From IMG/VR virus record IMGVR_UViG_3300021255_000032: DNA of 51,814 nt; one strand, written 5' to 3'. Numbering within the stretch: the first letter of the stretch is position 1; each line of letters starts with the position of its first letter. Positions 23,528-32,709 of this stretch are shown here, piece after piece. A model generated the notes under the pieces. It worked only from the letters and a program-made list of their open reading frames with translations, had not been told where the DNA came from and did no database searches. A program made the position numbers and the translations under genes. This DNA is from a virus.

Positions 23528-23861
23528 GGCAAAGCAGAGCCGTAAGCGGCATATCGAAAACGCAATAAAGAAAACGCTGGCAGGGGCAGCCCTTGTTGGC
23601 GCGGCGGTTTTGTTTACGGGATTTTACAACGGCGACCAACGACTCGTCACAGAAACGTACACCGTCAAAGAGGGGGACACGCTGTGGAGCATTGCCACAG
23701 AATACCTCAAGAAAAATACAGGCGGGCGGCGGTACATTCTTGAGTTCAAGGAAGGCATTATCGAGAATAACCCGGAATTGCAAAACGGCAACGCGGGTCA
23801 TATCCGGCCAGGGCAGGAAATAATCATCAACTACTTTGTGAAGGAGGAAAAAGAGCAATAA
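23502..23861 (+). CDS. Membrane-anchored LysM-domain protein
   Basis: TM helix LAGAALVGAAVLFTGF, then LysM YTVKEGDTLWSIATEYL...IRPGQEIII. Confidence 0.65.
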   Translation: MKDFTEQIEAKQSRKRHIENAIKKTLAGAALVGAAVLFTGFYNGDQRLVTETYTVKEGDTLWSIATEYLKKNTGGRRYILEFKEGIIENNPELQNGNAGHIRPGQEIIINYFVKEEKEQ

Positions 23862-23906
23862 GCCCGTTATCTATTCTAATTCTTGCATAGTTTGGAGGGT
23901 TAGACG

Positions 23907-24392
23907 ATGAACGAACGGTGCGCGGAAATGGCATTTAAGGCACGGCATTGTGCAGGATTGACAAGGGAATGTGCGTCAGAGATTTTGGGCATTGCGCCCC
24001 GGACGCTTGCTTACTACGAAGGAGGCAGGGACATACCAGACGAGATTATAGCCAAAATGGTGATGGCATACAAAAGCCCGGAATTAGGCTATCACTACTT
24101 GAGCAACGACCTAGAAACCGGGCGACTGATTTTGCCGCGATTAGAGGCGGCGGGGATTTCTTCTAGTGCTTTACGGTTGCGGGTAGTTATGAGACGGGCA
24201 ACGGCGGTTATTGAGCTGATAGAAGAAATTTGTCAAGACGATGTTATCACGGCTGACGAAGGTGAACCCTTCCAGCGGTGTGCAGCTCCAATCAAAGAGT
24301 TGGCAGCAGCTTGTATGGGAATTGGTTTATGGGCATTAAAAAAGCCCGTTGGGCGACCGACCCAACAGGCTAGGGATTCAAAACGCGACTGA
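23907..24392 (+). CDS. XRE-family HTH regulator
   Basis: GLTRECASEILGIAPRTLAYYEGGRDIPDEIIAKM. Confidence 0.65.
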   Translation: MNERCAEMAFKARHCAGLTRECASEILGIAPRTLAYYEGGRDIPDEIIAKMVMAYKSPELGYHYLSNDLETGRLILPRLEAAGISSSALRLRVVMRRATAVIELIEEICQDDVITADEGEPFQRCAAPIKELAAACMGIGLWALKKPVGRPTQQARDSKRD

Positions 24393-24452
24393 GCAGAGTC
24401 ACTTTTGAACACTTACAACGTCATTATAGCACAAGCAAAGGAGAATGACAAA

Positions 24453-26408
24453 ATGAAATTGAGCAGAGTTTTTATAGAGCACTTCAAAGGGCTCGACAAA
24501 ATGGACGTCGCCCCGGAAGGCAAAGACGTAACGGTGCGCGGCAAGAACGGCAGCGGCAAGACGACTATCGCTGACGCTTACGCTTGGTGCATGACCGGGA
24601 AGGGGTTCGACGGCAAGACCATCGACACGCAGATTAAAAAGCGGGCTGAAGATGGATCTACTCCGAACGACGGCGGCGTGGAACACGCTGTGGAAGTTGT
24701 TCTTGAGAACGAAGGGCGGCTGATTACCCTCCGGCGCGAGTTTAAGGAAAAATGGGAAAAGCACCGGGGAACGGCTGACAGAGAGTTTAAGGGACACACC
24801 ACCGTATACAGCATTGACGGCGTGCCTATGCAGAAAAAGGAATTTGAACGCCGGGTAAGCGACCTTGTCAAAGGCGATACTTTTCAGATTCTTTCTATGC
24901 CGCTGCACTTCTGCACGGTCGTCAAATGGCAAGACCGCCGGAAGGTGCTTATGGCCATGTGTGGCGATACGCCAGATGAAAAGATTATCGACGAAAACCC
25001 ATCTTTAGAGCCTCTCCGTAAAGAGCTTGAGAACAAGACCATAGCAGACTTGCGTAAGGTCATTCAGAGCAAGATGAAGAAGAACAACGAGGAAGCCAAA
25101 AACATTCCTGCAAGGATTGACGAACTCACAGGAATGATGGCTGAAACCTCCGGTAACAAAGATGTGCTCGATACCGAATTAAAGAGCCTCGAAAAGCAAA
25201 AGGCAGATAAGGAAAAAGAGCTTGTCGGCATTAAGAACGGCGGCGAAATTGCAGAAAACAAAAAGCGCATTGCAGAGCTCGAAGCCAAAATGACAAAGTT
25301 CGTTGCAGAGTTTGAGGCCGATTACAGCCGTAAGGCCGGGGAGGCTGAAAGAGTTGTCGCCGGGTGCAGGGCAAAAATTGAGCGTTTAGGGGAAACCATT
25401 GAGCGTAACCAGACGGAGATAGGGCGGTCAAAGACGGCGGCAGAAACCGCTGACAAATTGGCAGCAGGACTCCGTGAGGAATGGGGCAAGGTTCAAAAAG
25501 AGGCTTTCCCGGACAATATCAAAGATACCTGTCCTTGCTGCGGGCAAAAGCTCCCGCCGGAACAAATCGAAGAATTACGGCAAAAGGAGCTGGACAAGTT
25601 CAACCTCGACAAGGCGGCGAAGCTGAAAGCCATCAACGAAAAGGGCAAGCGGATTATGGCAGACAAAGCCAAAGACCTTGATAAGGTTTCTGTATTGGAA
25701 GCCGCTAATACAGAGGCGCAAGCCCGAATTGATGAACTTTCAAAGAGTCTCGAGGACTCCGAAAAGATGTTGGCGGGCTTGGATAAGCCGGAGGCGACCA
25801 AACAGCCGGAATACCTCACCATGAAAGAAGAAGTTCAGTTCACGGAAAACATTATCAAGAGTCTGCAGGCGGGCGGCGAACAAGAAGCACGGGCGGCAGA
25901 AATTGAGATAGCAAACCTTGGTGCAGAGATTTCAGCACGGCAAGAAAAGCTCGCGGCCTTCAAGCAGAATGAGGCTATGGAAGCCCGCATAGAGGAATTG
26001 AAAGACCGGGAAAAGACGCTCGGCAAGATGTACTCCGACCTTGAAAAGCAGCTATTCCTCACAGAGGAATTTTTGCGGGCAAAGGTTAAGGCGACAGAGG
26101 ATAACATCAATAGCCATTTTAAGTACGTCAAGTTCAAGATGTTTGAGCAGAAAATCAACGGGGCGTTGGAGGAATGTTGCGAACCGATTATCGACGGCGT
26201 ACCTTTCAACGACGGCCTCAACAAGGGCAATCGCATGAAGGCGGCCTTGGATATTGTCAACGCCTTAAGCAAGTATTATGGCGTATCGCTCCCGATATTC
26301 ATTGACGACTGTGAAAGCTACACCAGCCTTCCAGATGTTGACGCTCAAGTTATTAAGCTCATAGCCGACGGGGCGCATGACGAACTGTCGGTAGAGATAG
26401 ATGATTAA
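24453..26408 (+). CDS. Rad50/SbcC-like SMC-family ATPase
   Basis: Walker A GKNGSGKTT at the N-terminus, a long coiled coil with a central CPCC hook-like motif (25530-25541), and a Walker-B-like LPIFIDDCES at the C-terminus. ATG 24453 follows AAAGGAGA. Confidence 0.8.
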   Translation: MKLSRVFIEHFKGLDKMDVAPEGKDVTVRGKNGSGKTTIADAYAWCMTGKGFDGKTIDTQIKKRAEDGSTPNDGGVEHAVEVVLENEGRLITLRREFKEKWEKHRGTADREFKGHTTVYSIDGVPMQKKEFERRVSDLVKGDTFQILSMPLHFCTVVKWQDRRKVLMAMCGDTPDEKIIDENPSLEPLRKELENKTIADLRKVIQSKMKKNNEEAKNIPARIDELTGMMAETSGNKDVLDTELKSLEKQKADKEKELVGIKNGGEIAENKKRIAELEAKMTKFVAEFEADYSRKAGEAERVVAGCRAKIERLGETIERNQTEIGRSKTAAETADKLAAGLREEWGKVQKEAFPDNIKDTCPCCGQKLPPEQIEELRQKELDKFNLDKAAKLKAINEKGKRIMADKAKDLDKVSVLEAANTEAQARIDELSKSLEDSEKMLAGLDKPEATKQPEYLTMKEEVQFTENIIKSLQAGGEQEARAAEIEIANLGAEISARQEKLAAFKQNEAMEARIEELKDREKTLGKMYSDLEKQLFLTEEFLRAKVKATEDNINSHFKYVKFKMFEQKINGALEECCEPIIDGVPFNDGLNKGNRMKAALDIVNALSKYYGVSLPIFIDDCESYTSLPDVDAQVIKLIADGAHDELSVEIDD

Positions 26409-26437
26409 TCATTTTTAGACCATTAGGAGGAATTACA

Positions 26438-27253
26438 ATGGCAAAAGAAATTCAAGTGGCAGACACGCAGGAAACCCGTCCCGGCTTTTTCAGCTCGGCG
26501 GCGATTGAACAGCTCAAGACAATTACGAACATCTTCAACAACTCCGCGCTCGTGCCGGAAACATATCGCGGTCAGCATAATTTCGGCAACTGCGCTATCG
26601 TGCTTGCAATGGCAGCCCGTATGAACGCAGACCCGCTGATGATGTTGCAAAACGTTTATGTGGTGTACGGCACACCTGCCCTCAGCTCCAAAATGTTGAT
26701 TGCGCTTTTCAACACGTGCGGGCGGTTCGGCTCGATTCATTACAAAGAGACGGGCAAGAAAGGGACTGACTCGCAGGGCGTTATCGCATGGGCGAAAGAG
26801 CTTGCGACCGGGGATATTTTGGAAGGTCCAGAGGTTACAATCGCGATTGCAAAAGCCGAAGGTTGGTACAAGAAGAACGGCAGCAAGTGGCAGACGATGC
26901 CTGACCAGATGTTGCGCTACCGCGCAGCGTCTTGGTTCATTCGCACGACCGCGCCAGAATTGTCCGTAGGCTTGCAGACCGATGATGAAGTGATTGATGT
27001 TACTCCGCAGAATGTCACCGAAGAAATTAAGGTGAACGCGAACCGGGAAGAATTTGTCCCGGAGGCACCTGCCCCGGCCATTACTCCAGGGCATAAGGTT
27101 ACAATGGACGATTTGAACAAGGCCGAAAAGGACGCGAAGGAGGCCGTACCGGTCGAAGCCCCGGCAAAGAAGGAAGCACCCGCGAAAAAGGCAGCAGCCG
27201 AAAAGCAGGAAGCTCCGCAGCAGGAAACCTTGATGGAAGGTCCGGGATTCTAA
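26438..27253 (+). CDS. recT: RecT-family single-strand annealing protein
   Basis: ALVPETYRGQ...NCAIVLAMAARMNADPLMMLQNVYVV...GWYKKNGSKWQTMPDQMLRYRAASWFIR pattern, plus synteny with nuclease genes. Confidence 0.7.
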   Translation: MAKEIQVADTQETRPGFFSSAAIEQLKTITNIFNNSALVPETYRGQHNFGNCAIVLAMAARMNADPLMMLQNVYVVYGTPALSSKMLIALFNTCGRFGSIHYKETGKKGTDSQGVIAWAKELATGDILEGPEVTIAIAKAEGWYKKNGSKWQTMPDQMLRYRAASWFIRTTAPELSVGLQTDDEVIDVTPQNVTEEIKVNANREEFVPEAPAPAITPGHKVTMDDLNKAEKDAKEAVPVEAPAKKEAPAKKAAAEKQEAPQQETLMEGPGF

Positions 27254-27961
27254 ATGCTTAAGATAGCAGTACACGCAAGTGGATCTAGCGGGAACTGCTA
27301 CACGGTGACGAACGGGAACGCCACGGTCATCATGCTTGACTGTGGTTTACCCTATCGCCGTATTCAGCAGTTGACAGGATTCCAACACCCGGACGCAGTT
27401 TTTGTCACGCACGAACACAACGACCATATCAAAGCCGCGAAGGACTTTATGAAAAAAGGCGTTGATGTTTATATGAGCCGGGGAACGATGGAGGCGGCAG
27501 GACTTGAAAAAAGTCACCGCTTGAACATCTTGAAAAATCGTCAATCGGTTTCGATTGAAGGAATTGTCGTCAGCGCATTTGACACACAGCATGACGCGGT
27601 TGAGCCTTTAGGATTTTTGATTGACGATGGAGACGACAGAATACTATACGCCACAGATACATATTATCTGCATTACAAATTTCCGGGACTGACAAAAATT
27701 ATGATTGAGGCGAATTATTCAGAGCCTATTCTGGAGGAAAATGTTTATCGCGGCAGCGTTCCCGAAAAGCTAAGAAAAAGACTGAGGCAAAGCCATTTTT
27801 CCTTGGAGAATTTGAAAGGATTTTTCAAAGAAAACGACCTGTCCAAAGTCAAGGAAATATGGCTGATTCATTTATCGAATGGAAACGCCGACCCTGTGAG
27901 ATTTAGAAACGAGATTGAAACTTTGACCGGGCGGCCTGTTTATGTGGCGGGCATTGATTAG
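27254..27961 (+). CDS. Metallo-beta-lactamase-fold hydrolase (putative recombination nuclease)
   Basis: HxHxDH motif (THEHNDH). Directly follows recT. Confidence 0.8.
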   Translation: MLKIAVHASGSSGNCYTVTNGNATVIMLDCGLPYRRIQQLTGFQHPDAVFVTHEHNDHIKAAKDFMKKGVDVYMSRGTMEAAGLEKSHRLNILKNRQSVSIEGIVVSAFDTQHDAVEPLGFLIDDGDDRILYATDTYYLHYKFPGLTKIMIEANYSEPILEENVYRGSVPEKLRKRLRQSHFSLENLKGFFKENDLSKVKEIWLIHLSNGNADPVRFRNEIETLTGRPVYVAGID

Positions 27962-27973
27962 GAGGTACACATT

Positions 27974-28507
27974 TTGGAGAATGGAAAAATCGTCATAGAC
28001 AAGATTAAATTTATGGACAAACAGGGGCGTATCAAGATTGATTTCAAGAACGACGGCGACACCAACGGCGGGCAGTTCTCCGGCATCTATTCTGAACCTG
28101 CTGACCCTGTTTTCTACGAAACGATGAAAAGCCTCAGGGAGTCGGCAGCAAATATCCTCGAATTGCCGGGGGATTTATCCCTCAGACTCATTCCTTTTGC
28201 AGTTACTTTTCACTATTCGCAGGGCGGCAGAATGGGCGCGATTATTACCAGCCGTTTTATGATTCCAGATTTGGGCAATGAAACCGTTATTCAAACACCG
28301 ATGATGAAGTGTTTCGACGGCGGCAATGATGAAGACAAGTGCTTCACGGAGGGGACAGCCAAAAAGCTATGGGCACTCGAAAAGGAAGCGCGGCGGTACT
28401 TAGCCGGGGAGAGAGCACAAACGAACCTGTTTGACGGGGAGCAGCAGCCGAAGGAAACCACGGACGCGCCCGCCTTGGAAGAAGATATGAAGATGGTGGA
28501 GGGATAA
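27974..28507 (+). CDS. Hypothetical protein
   Basis: 177-aa ORF with a TTG start after GGAGG. No motif recognised. Confidence 0.5.
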   Translation: MENGKIVIDKIKFMDKQGRIKIDFKNDGDTNGGQFSGIYSEPADPVFYETMKSLRESAANILELPGDLSLRLIPFAVTFHYSQGGRMGAIITSRFMIPDLGNETVIQTPMMKCFDGGNDEDKCFTEGTAKKLWALEKEARRYLAGERAQTNLFDGEQQPKETTDAPALEEDMKMVEG

Positions 28508-28533
28508 TATGGAGCGGCTTTTGAGAAAAGGGG

Positions 28534-29562
28534 GTGATTCTATTGGCTAGGCCGCAGAAAGCAGGGCTTGAATATTTCCCGCTTGATGTAGATATGGCGA
28601 ACGATGAGCGAGTGGAATTTCTTGAGGCGAAATACGGCGTCGAAGGTTTCGGGACGCTTATCCATCTACTGTCAGCGATTTATCGCAACGGTTACTATCT
28701 TCCGTGGGGGGAAATTCAGATTTATACCACAGCTAAACGAATTAATCTGCCCGTAACCCATCTAACTAACATAGTTAATCTATGTATAACCATAGGACTA
28801 TTCGACGTTTATCTATGGGAAACCTACGGAATTTTGACCTCGCATGGCATTCAAGCCCGCTATATCAAGGCTTGCGACTACCGTAAGAAGATAAAGATGG
28901 TTAAGGAGTTTTGTTTGATTACCCCGGACGACGGCGTGAAAGAAGGTCGTTTTCAGTACATTGACGCTCCAAAAGCGGTTTCCCTGCGAAAAACCCCCAT
29001 TTCCCACAGAGAAACCATAGAGAAACCCGTTGAGGTTGAGCAATTAAGTGAAGAAAAACCCCCACAAAGTAAAGTAAAGGAAAGTAATAAAGATGTTGTT
29101 GTTGTTACCCCCTATAATCCCCCTCAAAAGGGGGACGAAGATATGGAGCTAGAAACAGAGGTGACAGAAAAGGACGAAGCGACCGCTAACGTATTTACCC
29201 TCTTTGAGAACAATATCCACCCTATCACAGGGCAGATAGAGACAGACACGCTGTCAGACCTCTTAGACCATTACGGGGAACATTGGACGACAGAGGCCAT
29301 CAAGGAAGCAGCATTGCGGAATGGACGCTCGGTGAAATATATCCAGTCAATTCTTGAGGCTTGGGAGCGTGACGGATTCAAAGCACCAAAGCCGGAAAGG
29401 AGCAAGAAGAATGAACGAGGACTTCAAAGCACTCGTAGAAAAAATCAACGCGAACAGGGCGAAGATGAACCCTCAGAAAGCCGAAAAGAGTTCTACGCAA
29501 GTATTGAGCGCGTCAAAAACCGCCCCAAACCGTGGGAAGTACAGCGAGCTGACGGACAGTGA
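28534..29562 (+). CDS. Replication initiation/organiser protein (DUF4373-like N-terminus plus DnaD-like domain)
   Basis: GLEYFPLDVDMANDERVEFLEAKYGVEGFGTLIHLL and SDLLDHYGEHWTTEAIKEAALRNGRSVKYIQSILEAWERDG. Confidence 0.75.
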   Translation: MILLARPQKAGLEYFPLDVDMANDERVEFLEAKYGVEGFGTLIHLLSAIYRNGYYLPWGEIQIYTTAKRINLPVTHLTNIVNLCITIGLFDVYLWETYGILTSHGIQARYIKACDYRKKIKMVKEFCLITPDDGVKEGRFQYIDAPKAVSLRKTPISHRETIEKPVEVEQLSEEKPPQSKVKESNKDVVVVTPYNPPQKGDEDMELETEVTEKDEATANVFTLFENNIHPITGQIETDTLSDLLDHYGEHWTTEAIKEAALRNGRSVKYIQSILEAWERDGFKAPKPERSKKNERGLQSTRRKNQREQGEDEPSESRKEFYASIERVKNRPKPWEVQRADGQ

Positions 29563-30346
29563 GTACGAGGCGCACAAGGACGACATAGCCGCTATTGAAG
29601 CGGCGCAAGATGTTTGCCGGGGGTGCAGGGGCGCAAGTTGCCACCAGAGCGTTACGGGCATGGTTCCCGTAGTTGCCCCGGATAACGGCAGATTCTACAC
29701 GGCTATGAGAATGTGCAAGTGGGAAAAATTGCGCCGCGAAAACCGAAAGAAAGAACGGCTTTTCAGCAGGGCGCGCGTGCCGTTTGCATATAGCCGGGAC
29801 AGTTTCGCCACCTATCAAGTCACGCCGGATAACAAAGTCGCTGTGGAGGCGGCAAAGTGGAGCTTGGAAGCAGGAAACAGGCGCGGCCTATTCCTCTACG
29901 GCTCGCCGGGGACGGGCAAGACGAAGTTAGCGGCAGTCATAGCGAATGAAAAAGCGGGGCGCGGGCAGCAGGTTTTATTTTCAAGTGTCCCGGACTTCTT
30001 AGCAGACCTTAGAGCAAGCTACGGAAAGGATACAACCGCCGAAACAATGGAACTTGCGCGGGATATTCCCTGCTTGATTCTTGATGATTTAGGGGCAGAA
30101 CGGCTGAATGATTGGGTCGGTGAGCAGTTGTTTTGCCTATTGAACCACCGCTACAACGAAGGCTTGCAGACTATCATCACGAGCAACTACGCGCCGGAAA
30201 AGATTTATGACCGTCTCACGGTTAGATGCCGGGACGGCAGGGAAGATGATACGCACGCAAAGCGCATTATGAGCCGGATTTACGGAATGTGCGAAACCGT
30301 AGAGCTTAGCGGCAAGGACTGGAGAGAGGGAGGATTTACACTTTGA
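29411..30346 (+). CDS. DnaC/IstB-like helicase-loader ATPase
   Basis: Walker A GSPGTGKTKLA and Walker B CLILDDLGAE. ATG 29411 follows AAAGGAG. Overlaps the upstream ORF by 152 nt. Confidence 0.8.
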   Translation: MNEDFKALVEKINANRAKMNPQKAEKSSTQVLSASKTAPNRGKYSELTDSEYEAHKDDIAAIEAAQDVCRGCRGASCHQSVTGMVPVVAPDNGRFYTAMRMCKWEKLRRENRKKERLFSRARVPFAYSRDSFATYQVTPDNKVAVEAAKWSLEAGNRRGLFLYGSPGTGKTKLAAVIANEKAGRGQQVLFSSVPDFLADLRASYGKDTTAETMELARDIPCLILDDLGAERLNDWVGEQLFCLLNHRYNEGLQTIITSNYAPEKIYDRLTVRCRDGREDDTHAKRIMSRIYGMCETVELSGKDWREGGFTL

Positions 30347-30855
30347 AAATCGACAAAGATACGCCGTTTTGTTTCACCATACCGGGGCAGCCAGCAACGA
30401 AGAAAAACAGCCCCGTCCTCGTAAGGGGGCGGGCGGTTGTTTTGCCGAGCAAGGCATACAAAGCATACGAGAAGGCTTTTCGCAAGGAGCTGGAACGGAT
30501 AGAGGCAGAAAGGGGAGGGCTACCGCACTACGACGGTCCCGTCCAACTGTGGGCAAGGTATTTTCTGCAGGACAGGAGAGCCTACCCGGATTTGAACGGG
30601 CTTATCCAGGCAACGCAGGACATCATCAGCGACGAATATAGCCACAAAGACCACCGCAAGACCTTGAAGCGGCGGTGGATTCTTGCAGACGACCGTCTCG
30701 TGAAAAGTCTTGACGGGTGCAGGATAGCAGGGATAGACAAGGATTGTCCGCGCGTTGAGATTTACATAGAGCCGTTGGAGGTTGACCCGGAGCAGGAGAC
30801 AGACCCGGCAATAGTACGACTGATTAAAGAGCGAATGCAACAAGGGCTTTTCTAA
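30343..30855 (+). CDS. rusA: RusA-family Holliday junction resolvase
   Basis: FTIPGQPATKKNSP..., DLNGLIQATQDIISD, ILADDRLV. TTG start overlapping the upstream stop. Confidence 0.65.
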   Translation: MKIDKDTPFCFTIPGQPATKKNSPVLVRGRAVVLPSKAYKAYEKAFRKELERIEAERGGLPHYDGPVQLWARYFLQDRRAYPDLNGLIQATQDIISDEYSHKDHRKTLKRRWILADDRLVKSLDGCRIAGIDKDCPRVEIYIEPLEVDPEQETDPAIVRLIKERMQQGLF

Positions 30856-30872
30856 GCTAGGAGGCGGGAGCT

Positions 30873-31067
30873 ATGGCAAGCGACTGGAACATAGAGCATT
30901 ATCGAGACCCCACCGCGAATGCGGCGATACGGGACGAAGCAAGGGAAATGTGGAGGGCGAAGGCCAAAGAGGCCATATACGCAGCTAGAGCCGCCTTGAA
31001 GGCGCACGGATTTGAGGCCGTAGGCAGGATTACGATAATTGACCGCAAGACGGGGAAAATGTTCTGA
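30873..31067 (+). CDS. Hypothetical protein
   Basis: 64 aa, GGAGG RBS. Confidence 0.5.
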   Translation: MASDWNIEHYRDPTANAAIRDEAREMWRAKAKEAIYAARAALKAHGFEAVGRITIIDRKTGKMF

Positions 31068-31182
31068 CCGTCTGAGAGCCGTTTTGAGGGCGGTGAAAAC
31101 GTGTGTACGAGTATTTACACCCAAAAGCGATTAAAAAGCCCCCTGCGGGGCGTGAGGCGCGAATTAGGGCATATTTAGCGAG

Positions 31183-31815
31183 GTGGAAAGAGTGAGTTTT
31201 GCAAAGAAGTTGGCAAGGAACATCAAGAAAAATGCCAACACCGGGGACAAGAAAGCCCGGAGAGAGTATGCGAAGGTAAGACAGAGTGTGAAGGACAGTT
31301 ATGTGAACCAGCTCAAGCGTGACCGGGCTTGCAGGAAAGAGGCAATGCATAACCTCATGGGGTGCTTTCTCTTGACCATGCACGATAGGTACAGGTTTGG
31401 ACGGGGCAAGCTCGAACGGCTGCGGGACAAAATGCAGAGCGAAGTAGACGCGATGGGTGCCGGGAATGTCAGCGTTGAGGAAATAGCGGCCTTTCTGGAG
31501 GAAGAATTGGAGCTGAGCATAGGCGTGGTCGGAACGCGACCGGGGGCAGGGCATTATGAGCAGATTGAGGACATCGTGGTACAGCAAATGACAGCCGCCT
31601 TTCTGATGGCCTTGCTTGACGAATTTGATTACAAGCGGCTGCGGCTCGAACGGGCTTACAATTTCGTCGCGGAGTTATGCGACCGGGTGTGGGTTGACGA
31701 AATTACCTACCCGGAGGTTCACAGCAGGGTAGACGAAATTATGAAAAGGCCGCTGAGAACCGACAGGACGCGATTTAGTGCAGTTACCCACACAGATACT
31801 AGGGCAAGTGCATAG
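31183..31815 (+). CDS. Hypothetical protein
   Basis: 210 aa, GTG start after GAGGTGGAAAG. Confidence 0.5.
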   Translation: MERVSFAKKLARNIKKNANTGDKKARREYAKVRQSVKDSYVNQLKRDRACRKEAMHNLMGCFLLTMHDRYRFGRGKLERLRDKMQSEVDAMGAGNVSVEEIAAFLEEELELSIGVVGTRPGAGHYEQIEDIVVQQMTAAFLMALLDEFDYKRLRLERAYNFVAELCDRVWVDEITYPEVHSRVDEIMKRPLRTDRTRFSAVTHTDTRASA

Positions 31816-31885
31816 AAACGATTCTAGGGGCAATGTTACCGAGCACAAACGAAAAATAAGAACATACCGAAGGGAGAGAAAACGC

Positions 31886-32200
31886 ATGGAGCAGAAAAAG
31901 AGCAGTTACCCGCTCCAGGAATTTTTGAAAGGGCAAGTAAAGCCCTGTTTGAGCACTGAGGATTATACAAAGCTGTTAAGGCTTATCAATGATTTTGTGA
32001 GGATAAGATTTCTTGAATTAGCCAAAAAGGAAAATCAAAGGGAACGGCTGATTTATTCAGCACAAGAAATTAAAGCTATTTGCAAAACAATAAAATGCAA
32101 GGATTGTCCCTTTTGTTACGGCTTTCGAGATTTTACTTATTTATGCCTTATGGATAGAAAAGATAATGACGGTGCTATGCCTAAAGAATGGGTAGTTTAA
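31886..32200 (+). CDS. Hypothetical Cys-rich protein
   Basis: 104 aa from ATG 31886 (GAAGGGAGAG RBS), preferred over the track start 31778. Confidence 0.5.
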   Translation: MEQKKSSYPLQEFLKGQVKPCLSTEDYTKLLRLINDFVRIRFLELAKKENQRERLIYSAQEIKAICKTIKCKDCPFCYGFRDFTYLCLMDRKDNDGAMPKEWVV

Positions 32201-32222
32201 CCGACTAAAAGGAGAATTTGAA

Positions 32223-32705
32223 ATGAGAAAAAAACACAACAATAACAACGGCGCATGGGCAGCAGTTTGCAGCCTCACGAAAGAGCTTTATTTCATGGGA
32301 AAAGCTGTCAGAGCATTGGCAGGTTGGACGGCAAAAATTGACAACGATATCAGCGAAATAAAGAAGTCGGTCAAGCGAACGGAAAAGAAAAAACCTTTGC
32401 TTTTATTGGCGATTCCAAAGCCCTGCAATGGGGAGCTTTACAAGGACTGGACAATCGAAGATTATACGAAGAAGGTTGACGAAGAACACGCGGAAATGGT
32501 AGAGGCTTTTGTCGTGTGGAAAGCTACGGGGGAGGAAGTAGACCGTCATAAATTCTTGCGTGAATGCACGGATACTATCGTGGCCATTACCAGCCTCATG
32601 GATAAGGCCGGGGCAAATATTCACGAACGGCAGAAAGTTTTGTGCGAGGTCAACCGGAGCAACGAAGTACGGGACGGCGGCAGGAGATTGAAAAAGGAGG
32701 AATGA
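32223..32705 (+). CDS. Hypothetical protein, possibly a MazG-like all-alpha NTP pyrophosphohydrolase
   Basis: DEEHAEMVEAFVVWK...ECTDTIVAITSLMDKAG resembles the MazG EExxE / ExxD pattern. This is a weak call. Confidence 0.4.
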   Translation: MRKKHNNNNGAWAAVCSLTKELYFMGKAVRALAGWTAKIDNDISEIKKSVKRTEKKKPLLLLAIPKPCNGELYKDWTIEDYTKKVDEEHAEMVEAFVVWKATGEEVDRHKFLRECTDTIVAITSLMDKAGANIHERQKVLCEVNRSNEVRDGGRRLKKEE

Positions 32706-32709
32706 CACC

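Noticed and set aside
26423-27274. 283-aa minus-strand ORF opposite recT. Similar long antisense ORFs occur at 9300-10088 (-), 3155-3880 (-), 18566-19249 (-), 19622-20263 (-), 40480-41160 (-) and 21244-22038 (+)
   Set aside because: All overlap better-supported genes on the other strand, lack RBSs and encode low-complexity Arg/Cys/Pro-rich products. They are treated as shadow ORFs.
31068-31182. Structured 115-nt intergenic region containing CUGAGAG and GUGAAAAC plus hairpins (GTGTA...TACAC; GCCCC-CTGC-GGGGC), examined as a possible third ribozyme
   Set aside because: CUGAGAG does not satisfy the hammerhead CUGANGA box, because G8 and A9 are wrong. No A15.1-U16.1/H17 arrangement can be drawn. 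It may still be a terminator or leader structure, but no specific class is supported.
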